A stretch of 64,000 nucleotides of DNA, from assembly GCA_026003215.1 (NCBI GenBank), contig BPGV01000001.1:25570-89569 (forward strand), read 5' to 3'. The stretch is from Bacteroidia bacterium. Lineage in GTDB: Bacteria > Bacteroidota > Bacteroidia > SpSt-205. The notes below the pieces were generated by a model, which was not told where the DNA came from, made no database searches, and saw only the letters and a program-made list of their open reading frames with translations. The position numbers and the translations under genes were made by a program. Below, piece by piece: positions 8,968-17,737 of this stretch (within the stretch, counting starts at the first letter, position 1; every line of letters starts with the position of its first letter).

Positions 8968-11115
8968 ATGATCCCTAAAATAGCGACCCCAACGAATGGG
9001 GCAGGTGTAGCGCGTATAGCGCCGCATACCTTTGGTGAGCTTGTCTTCCATCGGGAAGTCATGCGGGAATATCTCTCGGAGACGGCGTTGGACGCCATAG
9101 CCCGGTGGGAAAAAGGCGAGCCTATCTCTGCTGACTTAGCGGACGAAGTGGCCAATGCCTTGCGCCAGTGGGCCATAGACCACGGAGCCACCCATTATAC
9201 GCATTGGTTCCACCCGCTTACAGGCCTTACAGCCGAGAAACACGAAAACTTTTTTGAAGCCGTAGGCGGCAAGGTTATAAGTGGCTTCAACGGAAGTGAG
9301 CTTTTGCAGCAAGAGCCCGATGCCTCGTCCTTTCCCAGTGGCGGGCTGCGCAGCACCTTTGAAGCCCGTGGGTACACGGCATGGGATCCTACTTCGCCGC
9401 CTTTTATTTATGGTCGTACCCTATGCATTCCCTCCGTATATATCTCGTATCACGGAGAAACTTTAGACTATAAGACTCCACTTCTTCGTTCTATTGAGGC
9501 GCTCAACCGTGCCGCGCAAAAGGTCGTTTCCCTCTTTTATCGTGGGGTCGAGCGGGTGTTCCCTACCTTGGGGATAGAGCAGGAGTTTTTCCTTATGGAT
9601 CAGGCGCTGTATGAGCGGCGCTTGGACCTTATGCTTACGGGGCGGACGCTTTTAGGGGCGCCTTCGCCGCGGGGCCAGCAAATGGAAGACCACTACTTTG
9701 GCGCTATACCCCAGCGGGTGTTGGCTTTCTTTGAGGAGCTGGAAGCGGAGGCGTGGCGATTGGGCATCCCCCTCAAAACCCGCCATAACGAAGTAGCCCC
9801 CGCCCAGTATGAATGTGCCCCCGTCTTTGAAGAACTCAATGTAGCGATTGACCACAACCAGCTCCTTATGGACCTTATCCAGCGCACGGCGCGCCGGCAT
9901 GGTCTGGTAGCTCTCCTGCATGAAAAGCCTTTCGCCGGCATCAACGGCTCCGGCAAGCACAATAACTGGTCCCTCGCCACCGATACCGGCCTCAACCTTC
10001 TCTCCCCAGGCAAAAGCGCCAAAGAAAACCTCCGCTTCTTTGCCCTGCTCAGTATAGTGCTGCGCGCTGTGTATCGCCACGCAGACCTACTGCGGGCTAC
10101 GATTGCTACCCCGGGCAACGAACACCGCCTGGGAGGCAACGAAGCGCCGCCTTCTATTTTGTCGGTCTTTTTAGGGAGTCAGGTTTCTAAAGCCATAGAA
10201 GCTTTGGAGAAATCCACGGAAATACCTAAGCTTGTTGAGAAAACGCCTATCTCTTTACTTATTCCTCGGCTGCCGGCGGTTTTGCGCGACAATACCGACC
10301 GCAATCGCACAGCGCCCTTTGCCTTCACAGGGAGTAAGTTTGAGTTTCGGGCGGTGGGGGCGTCGGCGCACTGTGCCCCAGCTATGATTGTGCTCAATGC
10401 GGCGGTGGCGGAGTCGTGTGAGCACTTTGCCACTCAGGTAGCCGAACTCCGCAAGAATGGGCTTAGCCGGGAGGCTGCCATCCTGACGACCATACGAGGC
10501 TTTCTTCAAGAGAGCCACTCTATCCGCTTTGATGGCAATAGTTATGACCCGAGCTGGCATGAAGAGGCCGCGCGTCGGGGCCTCTCCGTGTCTTTCTATA
10601 TCCCTTCGGTGTTGAAAGCTTATATAGCGCCCCAGACTATCTCCCTCTTTGAGAAGCTGGGCATTTTGCGGGAAGAGGAGCTCCATGCCCGCTATGAGGT
10701 GCGGCTGGAGCGGTATGTTAAGGCTTTGGGCATAGAGCTTCATACGCTGGTGGATATATTGCGGACGCAGGTGCTGCCGGCGGCTTTGCGTTATCAGGGA
10801 GAGGTGGCCCAGCTCTTGGCGGCGCCGGCGATGCAGGCGCTTGCTGCTATGGCCCCCGAAAAAACGCCCCAAGAAGCGCTATTTGAGGCCCTTCAGACCC
10901 ATATTCAAGCTCTGTGGGTCGGTCTCCAGCGGGCAGAGGCTGTCTGGCAAGAGGTACAAGCCCTTCCTTCGGCCCAAGCCCAAGCCGAAAAAGTCTATGC
11001 CGAGGTGCGGCCCCTCTTAGCGGAGCTGCGCCAGCATGCAGATGCCTTAGAGACCCTCCTCCCCGCAGACAAGTATCCCCTCCCGCGGTACGCAGATATG
11101 CTTTTTAGGTATTGA
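8968..11115 (+). CDS. glnN: Glutamine synthetase type III (GSIII).
   Basis: The 715-aa product has the GSIII N-terminal domain (HYTHWFHPLTGLTAEKHENFF) and the catalytic region (NEVAPAQYECAPVFEE...HEKPFAGINGSGKHNNWS). I chose the ATG at 8968 because the ORF-track start at 8824 overlaps the previous gene. Confidence 0.85.
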   Translation: MIPKIATPTNGAGVARIAPHTFGELVFHREVMREYLSETALDAIARWEKGEPISADLADEVANALRQWAIDHGATHYTHWFHPLTGLTAEKHENFFEAVGGKVISGFNGSELLQQEPDASSFPSGGLRSTFEARGYTAWDPTSPPFIYGRTLCIPSVYISYHGETLDYKTPLLRSIEALNRAAQKVVSLFYRGVERVFPTLGIEQEFFLMDQALYERRLDLMLTGRTLLGAPSPRGQQMEDHYFGAIPQRVLAFFEELEAEAWRLGIPLKTRHNEVAPAQYECAPVFEELNVAIDHNQLLMDLIQRTARRHGLVALLHEKPFAGINGSGKHNNWSLATDTGLNLLSPGKSAKENLRFFALLSIVLRAVYRHADLLRATIATPGNEHRLGGNEAPPSILSVFLGSQVSKAIEALEKSTEIPKLVEKTPISLLIPRLPAVLRDNTDRNRTAPFAFTGSKFEFRAVGASAHCAPAMIVLNAAVAESCEHFATQVAELRKNGLSREAAILTTIRGFLQESHSIRFDGNSYDPSWHEEAARRGLSVSFYIPSVLKAYIAPQTISLFEKLGILREEELHARYEVRLERYVKALGIELHTLVDILRTQVLPAALRYQGEVAQLLAAPAMQALAAMAPEKTPQEALFEALQTHIQALWVGLQRAEAVWQEVQALPSAQAQAEKVYAEVRPLLAELRQHADALETLLPADKYPLPRYADMLFRY

Positions 11116-11136
11116 GTATGGGCAAGCCTGCTCCCC

Positions 11137-11865
11137 GTGCGCGGGTGCCGGATACCCGGCGGGGTGAAGGTCCAGCTGGACAAGGTTCCGCCCTGGAACC
11201 CCGAGGAAGAGCTCAGATTGCGGGGGCAGCTTGCGCAGGTGGTCGGACCCGCTGTAGGTCCGCCGGTAGAGGGGGGAGAGGCTATCCAACGCTTGCTTTC
11301 CCTTCTCCAGCTTCTTGATCCCAAGGGGAAAATAGCCACAGTCGCCAGCTTATTTGAAGGCTTCTTGTGGAGCGTGGGAAGCGTCCATCGCCATAAAAAA
11401 GGCCACCTCCAACTCAACTGGGCACGCACCGAGTTTGCCCTTGAAGAAAAGCCCATCTCCGAAAAATGGGAAGATTTTTTAGATTACGTGTCCCGCATAA
11501 TAGAAGCGATCTCTCCGAGCTATTCCTTAGAAAAGCTGGAACGAGTCACGGTAGAATGGGTATATTATTTTCCAACAGAAGAATCCCCATTTACTAAGTT
11601 TCAGCCTTCCTTGATTAAAGAGCTGCCTAAGCCGCTTCGTTGGAGTTACGAAGTCTTAGCGGATCCTGACCGAATGGAGCGCCTGCTTGTATCTGTGCGG
11701 GATTTTTATGAAGCAGCCAGCCCGCCTTTTGGCCAACTCATGGCGGTCTATACAGGGCCCAAGGTGCCCATAAAGCACATAGGCGAGTGGATACACACAG
11801 CTCGGAATAGCGCACAAGAGCTTATAAATCGTATATTTGCTTCTGACTTCCCCTTGGCGCTATGA
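11137..11865 (+). CDS. Hypothetical protein A of the AT-rich cassette (up to 242 aa; real start uncertain).
   Basis: A long ORF whose 5' roughly 200 nt is GC-rich and gives a Gly/Pro/Arg-rich translation, so it is probably not coding. The remainder is AT-richer with a protein-like translation (...ISEKWEDFLDYVSRIIEAISPSYSLEKLERVTVEWVYYFPTEESPF...). In-frame TTG/GTG codons near 11290-11370 are alternative starts. The stop overlaps the next gene's ATG as ATGA. Confidence 0.45.
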   Translation: MRGCRIPGGVKVQLDKVPPWNPEEELRLRGQLAQVVGPAVGPPVEGGEAIQRLLSLLQLLDPKGKIATVASLFEGFLWSVGSVHRHKKGHLQLNWARTEFALEEKPISEKWEDFLDYVSRIIEAISPSYSLEKLERVTVEWVYYFPTEESPFTKFQPSLIKELPKPLRWSYEVLADPDRMERLLVSVRDFYEAASPPFGQLMAVYTGPKVPIKHIGEWIHTARNSAQELINRIFASDFPLAL

Positions 11866-12203
11866 TAGAGCTACTCTTATCCCAGGAAAGCTATGCCCAG
11901 CCTGGGTTTGATGAGAAATGGGAGGCTCAGTTAGTGGAGTATCCTGGCGTACGCTCCTTGGTTCGAGAGATATCCCATATAGTGGATAAATACTTTTCAC
12001 GGTCTCGGCCCCAGGTAGCTCTCAAAGTAGATGAAGAGGACGAGGAACCCACTTTGCTTTATACCATAAAGCGTGACCCAGCCATAGACAAGAATCAGTT
12101 TTGGGATCTTTTTGTAAAAGCAGATGATGAATATCTAAAACTTTTGCGGGAAAACTATAACAAATATCCTGACGGTCAGTATCTTATTTTTCGGTTAGGG
12201 TGA
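11862..12203 (+). CDS. Hypothetical protein B of the AT-rich cassette (113 aa, acidic).
   Basis: An AT-rich ORF translationally coupled to protein A. There is no recognisable motif, and no GSx...DxD nucleotidyltransferase signature. Confidence 0.5.
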   Translation: MIELLLSQESYAQPGFDEKWEAQLVEYPGVRSLVREISHIVDKYFSRSRPQVALKVDEEDEEPTLLYTIKRDPAIDKNQFWDLFVKADDEYLKLLRENYNKYPDGQYLIFRLG

Positions 12204-12228
12204 GGGAGGAATCGGGCTACTTTCTTTT

Positions 12229-12666
12229 ATGGGTTTTAGGTGGTCGGAGTTTGAGGAGGTAGCAAAAAAGTTGGAAAATATAGCGGAAGGAGATATAGAG
12301 TGGAAAGAAGGGGCCCTACGTTCAGCCATAGGACGTTTGTATTATGCTGCATTCAATCAGGTACGCGAGTGGGCGATACGGCGAGGATTTAGGGATCCTC
12401 GCTCAGGAGCTGTGCATGGTAACTTAAGGGACTTTGTAGCAAAGGAAGGCTATCGTGACATAGCTAAGTTATTGAAAGTCCTTCATGATAGCAGGAAAAA
12501 TGTGGATTATAGTATGGTTTTGGATAAAGATTCGGATCTAATGCTAAAAGAAGCCAAACGGAATTATGAGCTTATAGTGAAATGGCTCGGCTCCTTGTCA
12601 GAAAATATGCTGGAAAGCGAAGAAGGTTTGGACTCCTTCGTGGCTGCGGGCGATATCCCAGCGTAG
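12229..12666 (+). CDS. HEPN-like small protein C (145 aa), a candidate toxin/RNase component.
   Basis: Predicted all-alpha protein with ALRSAIGRLYYAAFNQVREWA followed by RDPRSGAVHGNL (R-x4-H, the HEPN signature spacing), then a second helix pair (DIAKLLKVLHDS...EAKRNYELIVKWL). The last 22 codons (12599-12666) are antisense to the 3' end of the Omp85 gene, so the ORF reads across the insertion junction. Confidence 0.5.
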   Translation: MGFRWSEFEEVAKKLENIAEGDIEWKEGALRSAIGRLYYAAFNQVREWAIRRGFRDPRSGAVHGNLRDFVAKEGYRDIAKLLKVLHDSRKNVDYSMVLDKDSDLMLKEAKRNYELIVKWLGSLSENMLESEEGLDSFVAAGDIPA

Positions 12667-14029
12667 GATAGTGCTTTGGTTCCATATCAAGCGCAGGCCT
12701 GCGCCGGGCGCGCCTATCCAGCCGGTGAAGGTAGGCTTGATTTGACGCAGGTAGTCCCACACCGTGCCCGCATCATAAAACGCTACAGTCCCTATAATCC
12801 AGTCTTGTTTTAGCAGGCGGAAACCCTACAGAGGGCTCCGCAGTTCGGCGTTGATTTGGGCGGTGGCGAGGGCTACGAAGCGGCTCTCGCGAAAGCCTCG
12901 CACCGAACGTGCCCCACCTAAGACCAAAATGCCTCCGGCTTCTGCCTGGCTGGAGAGGTCATACAGCTCAATCCAGTTGATGCGTTTGCCCCAGATGTAG
13001 CCGAAGGCTGCCAATCCCGCCAAGGTAAGGCGGCCCCAGCGCCCCCACCGCACCGGCGTATAAAAGCCCACCGATTGCACCCTAATCTTATTCATGCGGA
13101 AGTCTGCGCCCAGCCATGGCGCCTGCAGTTCATGGGAGTACTCCAAGAAAACCCCGCGTGTGGGGTCCGGCTCTAAATCGCGGGTGTCGTACATGACCAC
13201 CCAGGCCCAAATGCTGCTTATCCACCAGCGGCGGCTCTCTTCGTACCCTGTCACATGCAGCGCATCCCATATACCCGCTTGCCGATCTTTTTCCAGCTGG
13301 GTAGAACGATGTATCGCTTCTACCACTTGGCCTTCGGGGGATTTTACCCGCACTTTTTGACCGGCGTAACTGCGAAAACGCGTAAGGTCTATCTCATACC
13401 CTAAAAATACCCGCACTCGGCTCTCAGCCAAAAGCCTTTCAAAAGCCACATTGTACAGTTGCGACTCTAAAAAAATGCGGTTGTACTTAGCATCTGTATA
13501 AAGGACCCCTCCGCTGTCAAAAGGTATTTCTAAGGCTTCCTCATAGGGTTTTATCCGCGTAAAGGTTTGGGGTGGTGAGTTACCCCGGGCAGGAACGGTA
13601 AGTGCTTCAAAGAGCCGCTTGCGTCCCATCCCCCAATATTGCCCATCCGGGTCGCGAATAATCTCTACATTGGCCCGCATGCGATAAGGCTTATCCAAGA
13701 GAAAAGTAGCGTCATAGTTAGCGGAGAAGATATAGCGGGTATTTTCGAACAAAAACAGGTTAGCGTTTAAACGATGACGATAGGAGCTGTAAGCGAAAAA
13801 GGGGTCTTGACGGGTTTTGTTGAAGTAGATATACCCTTCGGCTCCTATGCCGAAGCCCCGAATAGGGTCCTATTCCCAGCGAGGCAGCCCTGTGGCGAAA
13901 GTTCCTTCGTGCTTTTGGGCTAACTCCGTCTCTGCCAGTTTTTTAGAGGGGTGGATGTAAAAAGGCAAGGGGGGAGGGAGAAAGCGACTGGGCCCATAGG
14001 ATTACACTGAACCCTATACCTAAGCGCAT
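12599..14029 (-). pseudogene. Omp85/BamA-family (surface antigen D15 beta-barrel, no POTRA) outer-membrane protein gene, disrupted by two in-frame TAG codons and one C-run frameshift.
   Basis: The signal peptide MRLGIGFSVILWAQ starts at 14029. A +1 shift is needed in the C6 run (plus-strand G6, 13966-13975). There are in-frame TAG codons at 13870-13872 and 12823-12825. Conserved barrel motifs are intact (GFGIGAEGYIYFN..., GGARSVRGFRESRF...NAELRSPL*GF...VAFYDAGTVW...) and the canonical C-terminal Phe (FAFQHIF*) is at 12599-12601. TAG terminates several confident genes here, so suppression or reassignment is unlikely. Confidence 0.7.
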
Positions 14030-14101
14030 GCCGCAAAGTACGGCTGGAGGGTGGAAGGAAATGCCGATGTATAAGGCACAAGGTTTGCTACTTTTGCGGA
14101 T

Positions 14102-14626
14102 ATGTTAAGGAGCCTAAGTAAGTATGCTTGGGGTTTACTCAGCCTGGCCCTCGTCTATGTGGGGGGGTGTAAGCGGGGCTCTTGTGAGGGCGTGGCTTGC
14201 CTGAATGGCGGCACTTGCCGCGGCGGTCGCTGTGAGTGTCCGCCCGGCTTCTCGGGGGGACGCTGCGAGGTCAAATGGACTGATAGCTGGACAGGTACCT
14301 ACACCGTAGATGACCGCTGCCAGGTCGTGGGACTCATTCCCCAGTACGAGGCCAGCGTATCCGCTTCCACCGTCTATCCCGATGTGATTTATTTTGAAGG
14401 CTTTGGGGATATCCACTGTCAGGGGCAGCGCTTGCGGGTAGAGGGACGGCTTACCAGTCCTACGACAGTGAGTATAGCTCGGCAGAGCAGCTGCGACCGC
14501 CGCTATAGCGTAGAAGGCTCCGGCACCTTAGACCCTACCAACCGCCGCCTCACTATCACTTACTACTACTGGGACTTTCAAACTGGCCTGCAAGACACCT
14601 GTACGGCGGTGTGGGTGCGGTACTGA
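14102..14626 (+). CDS. Lipoprotein with an EGF-like domain.
   Basis: Lipoprotein signal and lipobox LSLALVYVGGC. It is followed immediately by CEGVACLNGGTCRGGRCECPPGFSGGRCE, the canonical six-Cys EGF spacing C-x-C-x5-G-x-C-x-C-x2-GF-x-G-x2-C. Confidence 0.7.
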   Translation: MLRSLSKYAWGLLSLALVYVGGCKRGSCEGVACLNGGTCRGGRCECPPGFSGGRCEVKWTDSWTGTYTVDDRCQVVGLIPQYEASVSASTVYPDVIYFEGFGDIHCQGQRLRVEGRLTSPTTVSIARQSSCDRRYSVEGSGTLDPTNRRLTITYYYWDFQTGLQDTCTAVWVRY

Positions 14627-14723
14627 GACCACTCGGCCCGCTCTTTCTACGACTTAGCCTGTGTAGGCAACCGTTCAAGCTTGAACTTCGGATTTAAGAA
14701 AAGGAGGTTTGTACCTTTGGTAC

Positions 14724-17678
14724 ATGACAGGCAAGATGCGCATAGGGCTGCTTGTACTCGGTGTAAGCCTCCTGACGGCCCAGACTATCTTTTACTCGCA
14801 GGACTTCAATAGCGGGGTGCCGGCCGACTGGAGCCTCAATACCAGCGATATGGGCAGTGTCACAAACGGCTACAACTACTGGACCGTCGGCGCCGATTAT
14901 AATACAAGCGTGTCTCCTAATCCTTTTGAGGTTCCGTGTTCATTCTTGGGGTGTGTGCCAGCGACAGTTGTCCCTGTTATTCCCAACCAGCCGGCGGCTA
15001 TCCCCGGCGCGCCTAATTCTCCTTTTCTGCATATTGCTTATGACGGGAGTTATAGCAGTAGTGCGGGCTGTATGGCTCCAAATGTCGTTACTACTTCTTT
15101 TCTCGCAGCGGATGGGGTATGTGCCTTAGCCCAAAACTACTTTGCTCGGCTGAATACCCCTATCCCTATTCCTGCGGGCACAGCGCCGGTCAAACTCAGC
15201 TTTTTCTGGCTATGCAAAGGCGGCCCTGCCTGGTACGGGGAAGTGCTGTATGGTACCGGACCCACCGTGCCCACCACTTGGTTTAGCTTGACCTCCAGCG
15301 TGACGGGAACCAACGTCTTGAACAACCATGATGGTCAGTGGTATGCCGACACGATTACGCTGCCAATTACGCGGCCGGCGCAGCTCTGGATAGCCTTCCG
15401 CTTCGTAAATAATAATGGGACCACGGGGGGAGATCCGCCCTTAGCGGTGGATATGATTCGGGTCTTTGATGTCCCGGTGGCTACGCCTACCCTTACCTTA
15501 GACAATGCCACCCCTAACCCAGTGTGTGCGGGCAATACCCTAACTGTCTCCTACACAGCGCAAAACTTCCCCACTGGCACCACCTACACTGCTCAGCTCC
15601 TCAATGCCAGCAATACGGTAGTAGCGTCCGCCTCGGGTTCCAGTCCTATTGCCCTGACTATCCCGGCCACCTTGCCCAGTGGTACCTACACCCTCCGAGT
15701 GCAAGCGAATACTACCCCCCCGACCAATAGCAATACCGTCCCTATCACCGTTGTGAATGTACAATCCCTCTCCTGCTCTGCAAACCCCAATCCCGCTCAG
15801 GTGGGTGCCGCCGTCTCCTTATCTCTCAACGGAACCAATCTCCCCAGCGGGCCTTTTAATATCCAGATGAACCCCGGCGATGGCAGCCCTCCCCAATCTC
15901 AAGCCAACGTGGCTGCCTTGCCCGTGACCTTCAGCCACACCTACACCGCCGCAGGGACCTATACCGTGACCTTTACGATTACGCATCCCGCTTCGGGGTG
16001 TAGTGGCACCTGTACGGTACCGGTGACCGTACAGCCCCCCACCACGAATACGATTGATTTGGTGAGTGTGACCCCGTCGCCTGTCTGTGCAGGTAATACT
16101 ATCACGGTGACCTTCACGCCCTCAGGCACCTATAACTCGGGCAATCTCTTTCGGGTGCAGCTTTCGGATGCGACGGGTTCCTTTGCTGCACCCCAAAATA
16201 TCGGGGTCGGGGCCACCAGCCCTATCACAGCCACTATCCCTCCTACGACGCCTTCAGGCACCTATGGGGTTCGTGTGGTGAGTACCTCGCCGGCAGTGGT
16301 GAGCGATACCCTGAGTGTGGATGTTGTTAATCTCAGTGGTCTTACGTGTTCGTATAACCCTACACCGGCGTTGGTGGGTACAGCTACTACGCTCACGATA
16401 GGGGGGAGTGGCTTACCCAGCGGGCCTTTTGATGTCCGTGTGGATGTGGATGGGGATGCTACGGCGGACTATACGCAAAATGGGGTGGCGCTTCCGTATA
16501 GCTTTACCCATACCTATACGGCAGGGGGAACCTACAACGTGACTTTTACGGTGACGCATCCTGCTTCCGGCTGCACGGGCACCTGTAATATGACGGTGCA
16601 GGTACAAGGGCAAGGCCTCTCCGCTACCAATCTGACCCCGGATACCCTCTGTGCGGGCGAATCTTTCACGGTGGATTATACCAGTGTAGGGATAACCTTT
16701 GCAGCGGGCAATACTTTTACGGTGGAGGCACGAGATGGGAGCGGGAACTTGGTGTTTAGCTGTCCTACGGCGAGTACAGCGACGAGTGGTACCTTAAGCT
16801 GTACGGTACCGGCGGGCACGCCTCCCGGCAGCTATACCGTGCAGGTGGTGAGTAGCAATCCTGCTTACACCAGTGGCAGTTTGAGCGTAGGGGTGAGTGC
16901 GCCGCCGGTGGCGGACTTTGCCCCTGATGCTAACCTGCGCTTCTGCGTAGGGACCCCTATCCGTTTTACCAACCGTTCTCAGAATGCCCTCTCTGTGCAG
17001 TGGGACTTTGGCGATGGCACCACGAGTACCAGCCTCAATCCTACCCACACCTATACCCAGCCGGGCACTTACACGGTGACGCTGACGGCCTCGGTGAGTC
17101 CGACTTGTACAGACCAAATCCAGCGGACGGTAGAGATACTTCCGCTGCCGCAAGCTTCCTTTACGGTGCAGCCACCTACGCTGACACTGCCCGAGCAAAC
17201 CACCGTCACCCTCACCAATACTTCTACGGGAGCCGCTACCTATCAGTGGGACTTCGGAAACGGCCAAACCAGCACTGCCCCGAATCCTACCGCTACCTAT
17301 AACCAAGAAGGGGACTACACTATTACCCTCACGGCTATTTCCGCCGACGGGTGTAGAGATACGGCGCAGTACCTCCTCGTCGTGCGCTACGCGCAATCCT
17401 TAGCTATCCCGAACGCCTTTACCCCTAATAGCGATGGCATCAACGATCGATTTGTGATACGCTATGTAGGGATGGAACGCTTGCAGGTGCGGCTCTATGA
17501 CCGCTGGGGAAATGAAATCTTTTCTCAGCAGCAGGCCGCGCCTGCGGGCACCATAGAGTGGGATGGCACGCGTAATGGCCAGCCCGCACCCGAAGGGGTG
17601 TATACCGGCCTGGTGGAGGGGCGCACGATAGACGGAAAAGAGGTTCGCAAGGGCTTTACGGTGACCCTCCTGCGCTGA
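14724..17678 (+). CDS. Large secreted T9SS type-B substrate with tandem Ig-like/PKD repeats and a gliding-motility-associated C-terminal domain (CHU_C).
   Basis: Signal peptide MTGKMRIGLLVLGVSLLTAQ. There are three roughly 180-aa divergent repeats, each ending in a PKD-like motif (SFSHTYTAAGTYTVTFTITHPASGCSGTC; WDFGDGTTSTSLNPTHTYTQPGTYTVTLTA; YQWDFGNGQTSTAPNPTATYNQEGDYTITLTA). The C-terminus IPNAFTPNSDGINDRFVIRYVGMERLQVRLYDRWGNEIF...GKEVRKGFTVTLLR is a T9SS type-B sorting domain. Confidence 0.85.
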   Translation: MTGKMRIGLLVLGVSLLTAQTIFYSQDFNSGVPADWSLNTSDMGSVTNGYNYWTVGADYNTSVSPNPFEVPCSFLGCVPATVVPVIPNQPAAIPGAPNSPFLHIAYDGSYSSSAGCMAPNVVTTSFLAADGVCALAQNYFARLNTPIPIPAGTAPVKLSFFWLCKGGPAWYGEVLYGTGPTVPTTWFSLTSSVTGTNVLNNHDGQWYADTITLPITRPAQLWIAFRFVNNNGTTGGDPPLAVDMIRVFDVPVATPTLTLDNATPNPVCAGNTLTVSYTAQNFPTGTTYTAQLLNASNTVVASASGSSPIALTIPATLPSGTYTLRVQANTTPPTNSNTVPITVVNVQSLSCSANPNPAQVGAAVSLSLNGTNLPSGPFNIQMNPGDGSPPQSQANVAALPVTFSHTYTAAGTYTVTFTITHPASGCSGTCTVPVTVQPPTTNTIDLVSVTPSPVCAGNTITVTFTPSGTYNSGNLFRVQLSDATGSFAAPQNIGVGATSPITATIPPTTPSGTYGVRVVSTSPAVVSDTLSVDVVNLSGLTCSYNPTPALVGTATTLTIGGSGLPSGPFDVRVDVDGDATADYTQNGVALPYSFTHTYTAGGTYNVTFTVTHPASGCTGTCNMTVQVQGQGLSATNLTPDTLCAGESFTVDYTSVGITFAAGNTFTVEARDGSGNLVFSCPTASTATSGTLSCTVPAGTPPGSYTVQVVSSNPAYTSGSLSVGVSAPPVADFAPDANLRFCVGTPIRFTNRSQNALSVQWDFGDGTTSTSLNPTHTYTQPGTYTVTLTASVSPTCTDQIQRTVEILPLPQASFTVQPPTLTLPEQTTVTLTNTSTGAATYQWDFGNGQTSTAPNPTATYNQEGDYTITLTAISADGCRDTAQYLLVVRYAQSLAIPNAFTPNSDGINDRFVIRYVGMERLQVRLYDRWGNEIFSQQQAAPAGTIEWDGTRNGQPAPEGVYTGLVEGRTIDGKEVRKGFTVTLLR

Positions 17679-17697
17679 GGGTAGTGCATAGCTTCCG

Positions 17698-17733
17698 GCG
17701 GGGCCCTTAATCGGGTCCCGCTTTGTTTCTTTG
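17698..17733 (+). terminator. Intrinsic terminator: 9-bp stem (one G·U pair) gcggggccc/gggtcccgc, loop ttaatc, tail cTTTgTTTcTTTg.
   Basis: Seen directly, 20 nt after the stop of the T9SS cargo gene. The U-tract runs into the start region of the next gene. Confidence 0.55.
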
Positions 17734-17737
17734 GGCC

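Noticed and set aside
11116-11340. GC-rich 5' part of ORF A as genuine coding sequence
   Set aside because: The translation is Gly/Pro/Arg-rich (MRGCRIPGGVKVQLDKVPPWNPEE…) and its composition matches host intergenic DNA rather than the AT-rich cassette. It is more likely a read-through extension, and the true start is probably an internal TTG or GTG.
12204-12210. GGGAGGA Shine-Dalgarno-like motif before the HEPN-like gene as evidence of a foreign, SD-using origin
   Set aside because: The motif is 18 nt from the ATG, too far for a canonical SD. An AAGGAGG also occurs before a native-looking gene at 14701, so SD usage is not diagnostic here.
12823-13872. Possibility that the in-frame TAG codons in the Omp85 gene reflect amber suppression, pyrrolysine or codon reassignment
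   Set aside because: TAG is used as the terminator of several confident genes in the same window (HEPN ORF at 12666, T9SS cargo at 32709, GH57 at 57178). No pyl-like genes are present. A pseudogene or sequencing error is the simpler explanation.
14665-14680. Perfect 14-nt palindrome gttcaagcttgaac downstream of the EGF-like lipoprotein gene
   Set aside because: It is a short loop-less palindrome without a U-tract or flanking repeats. This is most likely chance or a restriction-site-like sequence, not a terminator or mobile-element end.
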